Shown here one piece after another: positions 52,401-62,277 of a stretch of 64,000 nucleotides of DNA (the stretch's first letter is position 1; the number at the start of each line of letters is the position of its first letter). A model generated the notes under the pieces. The model had not been told where the DNA came from, searched no databases, and worked only from the letters and a program-made list of their open reading frames with translations. Location of the stretch: NCBI GenBank assembly GCA_900318115.1, contig ONJJ01000021.1, positions 8,773 through 72,772 of the forward strand, written 5' to 3'. Position numbers and translations under genes: made by a program. This DNA comes from an uncultured Prevotellaceae bacterium (GTDB taxonomy: Bacteria; Bacteroidota; Bacteroidia; Bacteroidales; Bacteroidaceae).

Positions 52401-52792
52401 GCACAGGCGGCGTCGCTCTGCATGACGATATCACGGAGTTTGCCGCTCTCGTTGAGTCCCACGCGTACCTTATTATATCCGGGGATGGTGACCTCCACGG
52501 CGGAGCTGTAGAGGGGCACCTGCAGACGGAAGGTACCATCTTCCTCGGTGAGTGCTGAGTATCCTGTTCCAGCGATGGACTGCACGAGCACACCAGCGAG
52601 TGGTGCGTGGTCCTGCTGGCTCACTACCCTACCCGATATCTCGCGGGTGGGTTCCTGTTTCTTGATTCCCTTTCGCACGCGCTGCACGGCGGTGGTGTCG
52701 ATTTCTTCTTCCTCGACGTCATCCTGCGCGAAGCCCGCAAGAGGCGCAGCTACCAGAAACAGGGAGAGACAAATATAGCCTACTGTTTTCAT
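49493..52792 (-). CDS. SusC/RagA-family TonB-dependent outer-membrane transporter
   Basis: Signal peptide. CarboxypepD_reg-like ISGRVVSQQDHAPLAGVLVQS..TEEDGTFRLQVP. Plug ..VVIDGVI..IESVEVMRNGTALYGAKGANGVILIKTKR. Terminal strand ..TVNVGVKINL. Confidence 0.9.
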   Translation of the reverse strand: MKTVGYICLSLFLVAAPLAGFAQDDVEEEEIDTTAVQRVRKGIKKQEPTREISGRVVSQQDHAPLAGVLVQSIAGTGYSALTEEDGTFRLQVPLYSSAVEVTIPGYNKVRVGLNESGKLRDIVMQSDAACALYGDDDNILGHSRAKGFDFSSAANIATEIENQLGAEVRTTERSGINGLGAYMQVSGVGSYLIGAQPLVVIDGVITEMEYDRKMIHSGFYNDILSNFNVNDIESVEVMRNGTALYGAKGANGVILIKTKRNTSLATRIAATASVGVEFIPKHFSMMDGTQFKTYASSLMQSTGTKMQSFKFLDERPYNAADPYNYNYYYNKYANNTDWTKEAYHAAVAQRYGLSVQGGGDVANYMLSIGYLHAGEVIKEMNYNRLNIRFNTDIKITDWIDVRFDASFSNSTRKLYDLGAPEEYDQSTVTSLNFLSYAKSPMLSPYSFVASNVGPGIISTAHLDIEDEDYLAEISQLRNANYQLSNPTAILEYGTAQNKNYYDNSYVNLAITPAWHPNKHLKFSSLFSYSLVNTNEKRYIPMNGVPAFWVEAFHQKMQNMIGSLYSRQNSVLSDTKVEWKNRYGAHSIDLLGGFRFMNEGYYLTQQSGYNTGNDKTPQISGTEQKQIDGSRENWATLSWYGQAKYNFANRYYLQGDIAMETNSQFGRDASGLKLAGVVWGIFPSIQAGWVMTNEKWFDVAGVDYLKLQAGYGLSGNDRLPYDAAKSYFKSRLFLGATPALSFENIGNTELKWETTRRFNAGIEGRFLNNRLSAAFNYFYSWTSDLLTLRSSNFLTGINQYWSNGGKLENQGFDVSVNAHLISGNNWNWSVGASMGHYVNKLTELPDGLAYQDHSVLGATIRSKVGSSINQFYGLKTAETRSGGIVYATSAEAAADGLYRLASDGVTKTYFSAGDVKYIDQNHDGRIDDNDRTIIGDANPDIYGNIWTSLSYKRLTLDLGFNYSLGGDVYNYMRQQLESGSRFMNQTTAMLQRWSFEGQTTDIPRATYGDPMGNSAFSDRWIEDGSYLRLKNVTLSYKLPINNTYIQGITVWGNATNLFTITRYLGTDPEFSMGNSVISQGIDAGWVSQGRTVNVGVKINL

Positions 52793-52794
52793 TG

Positions 52795-54759
52795 TTAGTT
52801 GTATTCTTTCAGGTTAGACAAATCGAGCTCGAAGCTGTTAGCTTCCTCGGCGGTCTCGAACGGAATGTAGATGAGGCGGTTGATGCGCAGCACATTCGTC
52901 TGGCCACGTAGTCGCATACCCACGCTGGAGGCGCTGGAGGCGATGCTGTAGCGGATGACCGGTTCGCTGTTGTAGCTCAGGAAATTGTAGGAAGAGAACT
53001 GGGGGTGCATAGCCTTCTGCAGGCAGATGACTTCCACCTCACGCCCGGAGGACAGGAACTCCGTGTCGGAGTACTTGTGGGTCTCTCCGGCAGGAACGGT
53101 CAGCAAGTGACCGGTGCCCTTGGCAGGATCGTAGCGGGTGGCATCCATGTTCTGTGACTCATAGAGCAAATCCTCGTTGGGGTACTGCTGGAGGAATGCG
53201 CTGTCGGTCTGGAAGCGGCTGTTGCTGCCGCGATAGCTTTCGCGGGCTTTCTCCAGGCGTTCGTGGAAATAGACCTGGAAGGGCACGGGCTTCACCTCCG
53301 CGGGATCGTAGCCTTCACGAGAGAAGAAGGAAGGTACGGTGACCAAATAAACATTGTAGTAGAGGTTGGCGAACGTGTTGGGCAGGTAGAAGTATGCACG
53401 GCTGACGATGTTGGCGGGCGAGAGTCCCTGGTAGGTCAGCGGGGAGAGTTCGAGGTAGTTCTCTCCGCGGAGCAGGTTCTCCTTCTTCATCTGTTCGATC
53501 ACGTAGTACGTGCTGTCGTAGGTGATGGTGTCCACGAGGGTGCGGATGGAAGCTGAAGTGGAGGGGAATATCTCTCCGCTGTAAGCCAACTTGGCGACCT
53601 GGAAGTCGCGGGGCGACGTGGCACTGAGGTAGCGTGCCTCCAGGAGAGTGAGCTTCGGGTCGATACGTCCCTCGCTGTCCTTGTACACGCGTCCGTTGGA
53701 GCAGTGCCAGGGGACGAGGCTGCCGAGCAGGGCTGTCTTGTCAAAGACGTTGAGACCGTAGTAGTCCTTGTGGCGGACGTACATGGTGTTCGTCAGGGTG
53801 TCGGCCTCCTCCACGGTCTTGCCGCGCTGGTCGTTCATGTTGAAGAAACGGCCGCTGATGATGGCCATCTTGGCGTTGAGCAGGGCCACGCTGTCGCGGT
53901 TCTGCACCTCAGAGACGTAGTGGAACATCGGGGCGAAGCGCTCCAGCTCGCGCTTCCACACCTCATTGGTGGGAGCGAGGAAGAGGTAGGAGCTGTCCTC
54001 GCGGTTGATCCATCCGAGCTGATAGAGCTGGTTGGACATCGTCAGCACGGAGTCGGCATAGACGATGCGTCCGTCCACGATACCGCGCTGGACGCTGGAT
54101 GCCTCGTCGAGGTTGTACTGATCCAGCAGTTCATAGAAGTTGGACACGCTGTCGAGGTCAGCATCGAGGGCCAGGCTCTCGCGCACGCTGGGCGAGAAGG
54201 GCTGCAGCCCGCTGAGTACGTAGAGCACGCCGTTGTTGGCAACGACGTTCTTGCGCTTGAAGCTGATGCCGTTGAAGTCGTTCTCGTGGAGCATGACGTA
54301 CTTGCCGTTCATGAGTCGGAGCGAGTCGGAATAGCCTTCAAAGACGGTGCGTCCGTAGAGTGCCATGTGGTTCTGCAGGAACTGGGTGATGGCCTTGTTG
54401 TCCTTGTCCTGGATGTATCGCTGCGAGCCGTCGGGCATGGTGATGATGGTCTGCTTCTGCGCCTTGTAGAGGGCAATGACGCTGTCGGCCTGCTCACGGG
54501 TGAGCGTGGGAGCCCATACGGTGAGTGCCTGGCTGCCTGCGAGGACCTTGTCGTAGCCCGTGTTGTCGAGCACTCTGACAAACTCCGCGAGCGAGGCGTC
54601 GGCCTTGATGAGCTCATAGAGCGATGGCTGGTCGGCAGCCGTCACATTGCCATCGCCTTCGTAGTGGTCGTTCCACTCGTCGACACAGGAGACAAGTCCC
54701 ATGGCGCCGGACGTCAGGAAGGCTGTGGCCAAGAGGGTTATATATCTGAATGTTTTCAT
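52795..54759 (-). CDS. Fasciclin (FAS1) domain lipoprotein
   Basis: Lipobox ..AMGLVSC. FAS1 signature LYELIKADASLAEFVRVLDNTGYDKVLAGSQALTVWAPT. The stop is 2 nt before the SusC start. Confidence 0.8.
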   Translation of the reverse strand: MKTFRYITLLATAFLTSGAMGLVSCVDEWNDHYEGDGNVTAADQPSLYELIKADASLAEFVRVLDNTGYDKVLAGSQALTVWAPTLTREQADSVIALYKAQKQTIITMPDGSQRYIQDKDNKAITQFLQNHMALYGRTVFEGYSDSLRLMNGKYVMLHENDFNGISFKRKNVVANNGVLYVLSGLQPFSPSVRESLALDADLDSVSNFYELLDQYNLDEASSVQRGIVDGRIVYADSVLTMSNQLYQLGWINREDSSYLFLAPTNEVWKRELERFAPMFHYVSEVQNRDSVALLNAKMAIISGRFFNMNDQRGKTVEEADTLTNTMYVRHKDYYGLNVFDKTALLGSLVPWHCSNGRVYKDSEGRIDPKLTLLEARYLSATSPRDFQVAKLAYSGEIFPSTSASIRTLVDTITYDSTYYVIEQMKKENLLRGENYLELSPLTYQGLSPANIVSRAYFYLPNTFANLYYNVYLVTVPSFFSREGYDPAEVKPVPFQVYFHERLEKARESYRGSNSRFQTDSAFLQQYPNEDLLYESQNMDATRYDPAKGTGHLLTVPAGETHKYSDTEFLSSGREVEVICLQKAMHPQFSSYNFLSYNSEPVIRYSIASSASSVGMRLRGQTNVLRINRLIYIPFETAEEANSFELDLSNLKEYN

Positions 54760-54811
54760 TGCTGATTGAAATTCGGGTTAAAGATACATTGTTTCAGCGT
54801 ATAGACTTTGG

Positions 54812-57022
54812 TTAGAGGTCGTCCTCGGCAGCATCTTCGCTGTCCACGCCATAGACGCTCTTCGGCACGATCTCGAGATAGTCGAGCATCAGCTCTGCAC
54901 CACCGATGGCCATGACGGAACGTATGCGCATGGTGTGCTGCTTGTTTCCGTCGAGGTAACCTTCGAAGATGACCTTGCGGGGGTTACGTGCAGCCTCCGA
55001 GGCAGCACTGGAGTTGTTGGTGCTCAGTTGCAGGTCGTCCTTGACGCTGCCGGCACCCGTGCTGACATAGCGTGTGGAGCGCGGGCCGTGGTACCAACCA
55101 AGGTTGTGCATATCCTTCTTGGACTGGTCGATACGGGCCTTGGCCGTTCCTGTGGGAGTACCCGTTCCGGGGATGGACACCCAACCACCAATGCGCTGTG
55201 CGAAGATAGCGTCGTCCGTATTACGCATATCGAGAGGTATGCCCTGAGGAATATTGTCAACATAGAACTGAGCGATACCTCGAGTGGCCATAGCGCAGAA
55301 GCCGAGACGGATCTGGTATTGACCGCTGGGAACACTGGGCAGGTTGAAGGTGATGTCGTAGGAGTCGTTGTCCGAGCGGAGGTTCAGCTCATCGCCCTCG
55401 TAGCTCCAGAAGTAGTTGCGGGAGTTCTGCAAGAAGAAGTCGCCGTCCTCGGAGAGCTCCACGTTGTCCAGGTAACCCGGAGGGAAGATGTAGTTCTTGG
55501 CGTCGGCATTGGGATCTTCCGTAGGCAAGTTGCCCCAGGTACGGGAGGTGCGCATGTCGTTGTTCATCAGTTCGGGGAAGACGGTGTAGAGGTCGATGCG
55601 CATACGGGAGTTGAAGACGCGCTCGTGGGTCCTGGCGCCGTAGTCAATCAGGCGGTCGATGTAGTAGTAAACACCGTTGATGGCCTCCTGCGTGTAGCCC
55701 TTGGCCACAGAGGGACTGACGATGGCACCGCGGTTGGTCAGAGCCGGGCGCGAGGGGTCATACATACGGTTGAGGTACAGGGTGTTGGGCTTAGCGTCGC
55801 CGCGGAAGCGGTTGACGGTAGCTGCGATGTGCTCCACCTTCAGGGTGGACAGCGGGCTCATGGTGCTGTACCACTCGGTGGAGTTCACTAGAGCGTGGTA
55901 GATGGAGCAGTTGGTGTAGAGCTTGTTGTACATACCCTTGCGGTTGAGCAGGTGGTATGCGATGAGCTTGTACAGGGGGTTGCGGGGATCCTTCAGGGCC
56001 TCGGCATCTTTGCCATAATAGTCGGCTCCTGCTCCTTCGGGATATACGAAGCAAGCGTAGTCGTAGAGATCCTCCCAGGAATTGATGTCGCGGCTCCACC
56101 CTGTCTCGGCAGCGTACTGACTGTAGTTGGCCAGGATGCTATCGGGCACGCAGAAGGCGGTGTAGCCGAAGCGGCGTTCCTGCGGAACGTGACAGAAGTC
56201 GTACTGCGCACCCGTCCAATATCCTTCGGCGCGTTCCAACTTCTTCTCGTCGCGCCAGTAGTAGGGATCATAGCTGGCATCCTTGATGCGGTACATCTGC
56301 TGTGTCAGGCCCGTCATCTCCAGACAAAGGTAGAAGAGGCTGACGTTGGGGTCGTTCTTCAGCAGCATGGGCAGCGTCTCGGACGTTGCGGCCACGAGTC
56401 CGTCCACGGGGTGCACGACACCGTTCTCCACGGAGTCGTTCTGCATGGTGTAGATGATGGTGCCGCTCTTGTTGATGCGGTAGGTGTAGGCTTCCACCTC
56501 CTGCACGGTACCGTCGGCCTGCTCCTGCTCCACGGTGATGGGCATGGCTTCGATGCTGAGGTAGCGTCCGAGGAGGTTGGTGGAGGGCAGCCAGGCGGTC
56601 TTCTCGACATTGGCGTCAGTGTCGTCGGCAGCCTGAGCGAGTTCCTCACCGAGTTCGGTGGTGAAATACATACGGTCGAGCACGGCGGTGCAGGCCAGGG
56701 TGTCGCAATCTTCAACGGAGAGCTGGTCCACGGAGGAGAGTCCTCGGGACTGCAGGTACTCGCGCACGGCAGCGTTTGTCGGTGCGAAGCAGGTATAGGT
56801 GCCATAGGTGGAGAAGAGATCCATCTTTCCGGCACGTTCCACGATGGCTGCAAACTCAGAGAAGTCCTCGTTGTTGCGGAGCCAGTCACTGAGCATTTCA
56901 GCCTTGTAGGTGTAGAGGTCGTCTGTGGCGATGTCGTCATTGCACGAAGTCATTGAGAGGGCACCCACAGCCAGCGCTCCTACTGCAGCCAACCATGTAA
57001 AATAGTGATTTATCCTTTTCAT
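54812..57022 (-). CDS. Fasciclin (FAS1) domain lipoprotein
   Basis: Lipobox ..GALSMTSC. FAS1 signature ..LSDWLRNNEDFSEFAAIVERAGKMDLFSTYGTYTCFAPTNAAVREYL... Confidence 0.8.
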   Translation of the reverse strand: MKRINHYFTWLAAVGALAVGALSMTSCNDDIATDDLYTYKAEMLSDWLRNNEDFSEFAAIVERAGKMDLFSTYGTYTCFAPTNAAVREYLQSRGLSSVDQLSVEDCDTLACTAVLDRMYFTTELGEELAQAADDTDANVEKTAWLPSTNLLGRYLSIEAMPITVEQEQADGTVQEVEAYTYRINKSGTIIYTMQNDSVENGVVHPVDGLVAATSETLPMLLKNDPNVSLFYLCLEMTGLTQQMYRIKDASYDPYYWRDEKKLERAEGYWTGAQYDFCHVPQERRFGYTAFCVPDSILANYSQYAAETGWSRDINSWEDLYDYACFVYPEGAGADYYGKDAEALKDPRNPLYKLIAYHLLNRKGMYNKLYTNCSIYHALVNSTEWYSTMSPLSTLKVEHIAATVNRFRGDAKPNTLYLNRMYDPSRPALTNRGAIVSPSVAKGYTQEAINGVYYYIDRLIDYGARTHERVFNSRMRIDLYTVFPELMNNDMRTSRTWGNLPTEDPNADAKNYIFPPGYLDNVELSEDGDFFLQNSRNYFWSYEGDELNLRSDNDSYDITFNLPSVPSGQYQIRLGFCAMATRGIAQFYVDNIPQGIPLDMRNTDDAIFAQRIGGWVSIPGTGTPTGTAKARIDQSKKDMHNLGWYHGPRSTRYVSTGAGSVKDDLQLSTNNSSAASEAARNPRKVIFEGYLDGNKQHTMRIRSVMAIGGAELMLDYLEIVPKSVYGVDSEDAAEDDL

Positions 57023-57042
57023 AGTCTTCTATTATGCTGATA

Positions 57043-58851
57043 TTATTTATTCATTTCGATGCCTTCGCTGGCTTCGTTCTTGTAGATAGCCTTCTGGACG
57101 AGGTTGGTGTTCACCTTCATCTCTTCCTTGTTATAGGGCCAGAAGAGGTGTGCCAGGCTTGGGAAGCCGGTGTTTCCGCTGGCGCTGCCTCCGGTGGTCT
57201 TGGAGGAGGGCACGTTGGCGCGGATGATATCGGTCTTGCCATCGCGCATGGCGTAGCGCACAAGGTCGAACCAGCGCTTGCCTTCGAACATGAGTTCGCG
57301 GTTGCGTTCCTTCTGGAGGAAGGTGATCATCAGACCGCGAGTGGCCAGGGCCGGAGCATTGGTGGCCAGCTTGCGAGACTCATCGGAAAGCGAGCGGAGG
57401 TTGACCAGGTAGATGAGGTCGAAGGCTCGGTGCATGAGCTCGGTGTTCTCCTGGGAGGTCTCGTCGGTGGCCTTCTGCAGCAGGGCTTCTGCCTCCATGA
57501 GCATGACGTCGGTCAGGCGGTAGAAGATCCAGTTGCGGTTGAACTCGCGGTCGAGGGTGAAGCTTCCGGTCAAGGGCACTTCCGAGGTGGCACCTTCCGT
57601 GGAGGTACGGAAATCGGTGGCCACGAGTTTGCGGATGTAGCCCGAACCGTAATCGTTACTCTCGGGAGCGATGGAGTTGTAGAAACGGAGGTCATACTGA
57701 TGCTGGAAGTAGCTGAAGGTCTTGGCCTTGACATCGGAGACGATATCGGGGCGCACGGTCAGCCATCCTGCTCCGGCGTTCGTTGCTCCCAGATCTCTAT
57801 TGGTATTTCCGGTACCATAGTAGCTTGCCAGCGTGGAGCTCTTGATGTAGCTGGTGGCATTGCTGTTCCAGTTGAAGCTGAGCTCGAAGATGCTCTCGAA
57901 GCTGTTGCCGGTGCCGAAGATGGCATTGAAGGCCTGGCTCTGGTTCTGACGGGGATTCTGGTAGAGGTAGGCCACACGTCCGTAGGGAGCTGGTGTCATC
58001 TCGCGAGGAGTCTCGGACAGGGTGCTGCTGGAGGTCTGTGTGCTATAGAACTCCTTGTAGTCAGCAGCCTTCTGAGCCATAATCTCCTCGGCAGCGGCGA
58101 TGCACTTGTCCCACTCGCCGGTCCAGAGGTACATGTCGCAGAGCATAGCATCGATGCCATAGCGAGTGATGCGGTTGCAGTTGCTGTTGTAGCGCTGGCC
58201 GATGGCGTCCTGACTGGTGACGGGATAGCGGGAGATGGCATCATTCTTGACGGCCTCGAGATCCTTGATAATCTCCGCGAGGATATACTTGAAGCTGCTG
58301 GGAGCGAGGTATTGCACCTCGTCTTCCTGCTGCACGCTCTCGCGGTAGAAGGGCACATCCTCAAAGGCACGGATGAGGTAGAAGTAGCAGAGTGAGCGCA
58401 GGGCCGTCATCTCAGCGATGGTGGCGCGGACATCACTCTCGCGGTAGGAGGGGTCCTTCTGGCTCACCACGGGAGCCATTCGGATGATGGTGTTGCACTT
58501 GTTGATGACGGCGTAGAAGCTGCTCCAGTTGGTGAACTGGTTTGTGGAAAGCAGGTTCTCGCGCAACGACTGGTAAAGATCGTAGTTGTCATTCTGCACG
58601 TTGTTGCCGGGGAAGATGTTGTCGCTGCGGAGCTCTCCCCAGACAATGCATCGATTGATGAAATCCTCGCTCTGCATGGACGCATAGCAACCGGCCACCA
58701 TCTGATCGATATCGGCCTTCTCGTTCCAGAAGTTGTCCTCCGTGACGATGTCGCGGGGTTCAATCTCGAGGAAGTCGGCACATCCTGCTGCAAGCAGGCC
58801 GACACACGCGGCCAGTGCAGCTGTCTTTATATTATTATATAGGTGTTTCAT
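57043..58851 (-). CDS. SusD/RagB-family outer-membrane lipoprotein
   Basis: Lipobox ..LLAAGCADFLEIEPRD (typical SusD start). ..FYLIRAFEDVPFY.. and C-terminal ..LMFEGKRWFDLVRY.. motifs. Confidence 0.9.
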   Translation of the reverse strand: MKHLYNNIKTAALAACVGLLAAGCADFLEIEPRDIVTEDNFWNEKADIDQMVAGCYASMQSEDFINRCIVWGELRSDNIFPGNNVQNDNYDLYQSLRENLLSTNQFTNWSSFYAVINKCNTIIRMAPVVSQKDPSYRESDVRATIAEMTALRSLCYFYLIRAFEDVPFYRESVQQEDEVQYLAPSSFKYILAEIIKDLEAVKNDAISRYPVTSQDAIGQRYNSNCNRITRYGIDAMLCDMYLWTGEWDKCIAAAEEIMAQKAADYKEFYSTQTSSSTLSETPREMTPAPYGRVAYLYQNPRQNQSQAFNAIFGTGNSFESIFELSFNWNSNATSYIKSSTLASYYGTGNTNRDLGATNAGAGWLTVRPDIVSDVKAKTFSYFQHQYDLRFYNSIAPESNDYGSGYIRKLVATDFRTSTEGATSEVPLTGSFTLDREFNRNWIFYRLTDVMLMEAEALLQKATDETSQENTELMHRAFDLIYLVNLRSLSDESRKLATNAPALATRGLMITFLQKERNRELMFEGKRWFDLVRYAMRDGKTDIIRANVPSSKTTGGSASGNTGFPSLAHLFWPYNKEEMKVNTNLVQKAIYKNEASEGIEMNK

Positions 58852-58872
58852 ATCTTCAAATCTTGCTTGATG

Positions 58873-61800
58873 TTAGAAACCAATGGTGAGACCTACGGTG
58901 TAGGACTTCGAACGCGGAGTCTGGGAGCCGTCGGTGGTGACACCGTAGCCGCCGTAGCCGATTTCGGGATCCACACCGGAGTACTTCGTCAGGCAGAAGA
59001 GGTTGTTGGCGCTGGCGTAGAAGCTGAGCGTGCTCATGTGCCATTTCTTCAGCTTCTTCGGGTCGAAGCTGTAGCTGAGCTGGAGGAAGTTCAGACGGAG
59101 GAAGGTACCATCCTCGACGAAGCGGTCGCTGATGAGCGTGTTGTAGTTCGAACCGTTACCGAACATAGCGCGCGGGATGCTGGTGATGTCACCTTCCTTG
59201 CGCCAGCGGTAGTTGACGGCTTCACTCTGGTTGTTGTTGCTGATCATGGATTCCATGTCCAGACGGGCCATGTTCAGGATGTCGTAGTCGATACGATAGT
59301 TGAAGTTCGCACGCAGGGCCAGGCGGTCGTAGTGCAGCGTGAAACCGAAACCACCAGTCAGACGAGGCAGGGAGTTGCCCAGGTACATGATGTCGAGCTG
59401 GTTGATGTTACCGTCGTTGTTGACATCTTCGTAGATGGCGTCGCCACCCTTGAATGCATAGCCGTTGCCGGAAGAGGTCTTGTAGGCGAAGCGCGTCTGG
59501 ATGGGGTCACCCTGAGCGTTCTTGACGTAGGTTCCGTCGGCGTTGAGCACGATAGGATAGGTCCAACCCTTGTTCAGGTTCTCCTGCAGGCGGTCCACGG
59601 CGGTGCCGTTGGCCTTGTTGCTGCGGTTGTCTTCGCGGACGATCCGGCGGGCGGTGTCGTAGTTGTACATATAGACGCCCTTAAACTTGAATCCGTAGAT
59701 GGAGCCGAAGGGGTTGTTGAGCTGCACGCGCTGGAGGACGCTGCGGTTGTTCTCGGTCCAGTCGATGTTCAAGCCGGCGAGGATCTGAGGATCCATGGCG
59801 GTGATGACGTTGCGGTTGTTGGCGAAGTTCACGTAGGCATCCATGTAGAACTTGCCCTTCTTGAGCAGGCGTTCGCCATCGATCTGGAATTCCCAACCTT
59901 CGTTCTTCATGTCGCCCACGTTCTTGTAGGTCAGGGCGGACCAACCGTTGCTGGAAGGGATGCCGGCGTTGGCCATGAGCATGTCCTTGGTGGTGCGGCG
60001 GTAGAGGTCAACCACGAACTTCAAGCGGTCGTCGAAGAAGTGGAGACGCAGACCGAGGTTCCAGGTGTAGATATTCTCCCACTTCATCTCGGTGAGCTTC
60101 AGTCCGCTGGGGTTCATGCTGACCTGGTCGAGGTAGCGGCTGCCCTGTGCGAAGCGGTTCATGTAGAGGTAGTCCTGTCCGGGAGGGTTACCCACGAGAC
60201 CCCAACCAGGAGCCACGCTGAGCATGCTGATCTTGAGCTTTTCACGTGCCCATTCCATCCAGGGCTCGTCGATGACGTTCCATCGGCCGGAGATGGCGGG
60301 GAAGTAACCCCATCGGTTGTTTGGTCCGAAACGGGTGGTAGCGTCCACGCGCATGGAGAAGTCGGCCATGTAGCGGCTCTTGTAGCTGTAGTGCGAGGAG
60401 AAGGTGTAGTAGAGGGAGCGCCACTCGTTGAATCCGCTACCCATTCCCGTGACGTGAGCTCCGGAAGTGACGGACTCGAGGTCTGCGGGCAGGCGGTTGA
60501 CGTTGGTGCTCTGGTTGCTGGAACTGCCGCTGACGAGCTGGAAACGTCCCATGGCCTGGAGGTAGTGGTCCTCGTTGTTGAAGTGGGGCTGGAAGGTCAG
60601 CGTGTGGGTAGTCGTGAAGGCCAGGTTCTTGCGGGAGAAGCTGTAACCTGTTCCGGCATCCCAGTAGTTGTTGGTGATCAGGGAGCTGGGGAAGCTCTGG
60701 TCGGTGTATTCGTTGTACACCTGAACGAGCACACGTCCCTGGTAGTTCAACTGGTGCTTAGTGTCGTCCAGACCCAGGAGCTTGTAGTTCAGGATCAGCT
60801 CGGGCTGGATGTCGTAGGTCGTCTGGTCGTTCTTGGCGAACTTGGCGCTGGCCAGCGGGTTGTGGAGGTCGCGCTGATCGTTGAAGTTGTTGCTCTGCTG
60901 GGTGCTCAGCCGGCCATAGTCGGTGAAGGCGTAGCGCGGAACGATGTAGTAGTCGCCGGTGTTGTAGGGGTTGCCTTCGGCGTCGTACTCCCAGCGGTAG
61001 GGCGAGAGGTTAGGCATCTTCTTGTAGGCAATACCGAGCAGACCATCGTAGTTGCGGTTGTTCTTCGTGTAGGTCAGCGAGAAGTTGGAGTTGATGGTGA
61101 TGCGGTCGTTGACGGAGTAGTCCAGGGCCATACGGGTGGTGAAGCGGTTGAGCTTCTGCTCGATGATGGTACCGGTCTCGTGGTCATAACCGCCGGAGAT
61201 GCGGAACTGCGTCTTCTCGTCACCACCGTCGATGGTGATGTAGTGGTTCTGGCGCAGACCGTTCTGCTTGACGAGGTCCACCCAGTCGGTGTTCTTGTTG
61301 AACATCAGGAATTCGGAATAGGTCTCGTCGTAGTTCAGCTCGCGTACCTGACCGACGTAGGTCTGCTGCTGCGGGTTGAAGTAGGACTCCTTGAGGAGCA
61401 TCGTGTAGTGGTCACCGTCCAGCAGCTTGATGCCGTCGGGCTGGTGGGTCATGGTCATCTTCACGGAGTAGTTCACGCGGGGCGGGCCCTTGCGACCACG
61501 CTTGGTGGTGATTTCGATGACACCGTTAGCACCTTGCGAACCCCAGATGGCCGTTGCGGCAGCATCCTTCAGGACCTTGATGTCCTCGATGTCCTCGGTG
61601 TTGACGTTCAGGAGTTGAGCGAACTTCTCGTCGTTGGCGGTGGCCACGTCGAAGTCAGAGAGATCGACGCTCCAGACGTTGCCGTTGACGACGATGAGCG
61701 GTTCGTTGGACGTCAGGGTGGACACGGTGGTAGCACCACGCAGACGCATGGAGGTTCCGCTGCCGAGGTCACCGGAGTTCATGACGATATCCAGACCGGC

Positions 61801-62265
61801 GATACGTCCCTGCAGGGCTTCGTCCACGGAGGTGATGCCGAGTCCTTCGAATTCCTTGGCGGAGATGCCCTGGGCGGAGAAGCTGACTTCTCGTTCGGGG
61901 ATGGCCAGACCGGAGGTCTTCATCTTTTTCTTGGCCGTCTTGACCACTTCCTTCATCGTCTTGGTGGCGTCCTGCATCGTGATCTTGAAGACGTTCTTGT
62001 TGATAGGCAGCTGCTGGGTCTTGTAGCCCATGAAGCTGATGCGCAGTTGGTTCTTGGCGCTCTTGATGGGGAGCACGAAGTTACCGTTCATATCGGTCAC
62101 GGTGGCATTGACGACACGGTTCGAAGCATCGACCTCTGCCACACTGGCGCCCGGCAGTACGTCGATATCATCGCTGACGGTACCGCTGATGCGCGAAATC
62201 TGAGCCATTGCCAGTGTGCTGACCAGCAACAGGCTGAGCGTTATGTAATATCTTAGTGTTTTCAT
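58873..62265 (-). CDS. SusC/RagA-family TonB-dependent outer-membrane transporter
   Basis: Signal peptide ..LLVSTLAMAQ. CarboxypepD_reg-like ISGTVSDDIDVLPGASVAEVD..TDMNGNFVLP. Plug ..VDEALQGRIAGLDIV..IWGSQGANGVIEITTKRG. Terminal strand ..YTVGLTIGF. Confidence 0.9.
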   Translation of the reverse strand: MKTLRYYITLSLLLVSTLAMAQISRISGTVSDDIDVLPGASVAEVDASNRVVNATVTDMNGNFVLPIKSAKNQLRISFMGYKTQQLPINKNVFKITMQDATKTMKEVVKTAKKKMKTSGLAIPEREVSFSAQGISAKEFEGLGITSVDEALQGRIAGLDIVMNSGDLGSGTSMRLRGATTVSTLTSNEPLIVVNGNVWSVDLSDFDVATANDEKFAQLLNVNTEDIEDIKVLKDAAATAIWGSQGANGVIEITTKRGRKGPPRVNYSVKMTMTHQPDGIKLLDGDHYTMLLKESYFNPQQQTYVGQVRELNYDETYSEFLMFNKNTDWVDLVKQNGLRQNHYITIDGGDEKTQFRISGGYDHETGTIIEQKLNRFTTRMALDYSVNDRITINSNFSLTYTKNNRNYDGLLGIAYKKMPNLSPYRWEYDAEGNPYNTGDYYIVPRYAFTDYGRLSTQQSNNFNDQRDLHNPLASAKFAKNDQTTYDIQPELILNYKLLGLDDTKHQLNYQGRVLVQVYNEYTDQSFPSSLITNNYWDAGTGYSFSRKNLAFTTTHTLTFQPHFNNEDHYLQAMGRFQLVSGSSSNQSTNVNRLPADLESVTSGAHVTGMGSGFNEWRSLYYTFSSHYSYKSRYMADFSMRVDATTRFGPNNRWGYFPAISGRWNVIDEPWMEWAREKLKISMLSVAPGWGLVGNPPGQDYLYMNRFAQGSRYLDQVSMNPSGLKLTEMKWENIYTWNLGLRLHFFDDRLKFVVDLYRRTTKDMLMANAGIPSSNGWSALTYKNVGDMKNEGWEFQIDGERLLKKGKFYMDAYVNFANNRNVITAMDPQILAGLNIDWTENNRSVLQRVQLNNPFGSIYGFKFKGVYMYNYDTARRIVREDNRSNKANGTAVDRLQENLNKGWTYPIVLNADGTYVKNAQGDPIQTRFAYKTSSGNGYAFKGGDAIYEDVNNDGNINQLDIMYLGNSLPRLTGGFGFTLHYDRLALRANFNYRIDYDILNMARLDMESMISNNNQSEAVNYRWRKEGDITSIPRAMFGNGSNYNTLISDRFVEDGTFLRLNFLQLSYSFDPKKLKKWHMSTLSFYASANNLFCLTKYSGVDPEIGYGGYGVTTDGSQTPRSKSYTVGLTIGF

Positions 62266-62277
62266 CTTCGGGCCTTT

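Noticed and set aside
58843-62256. 1137-aa + strand ORF, the longest in the track
   Set aside because: It is the antisense shadow of the SusC gene at 58873..62265. Its translation is V/G/D/H/E-rich with no recognisable domain. The minus-strand product has a signal peptide, CarboxypepD_reg, plug and terminal beta strand. The same applies to 50030..52558, 53704..54765, 55895..56956, 57034..58395 and 62377..63771.
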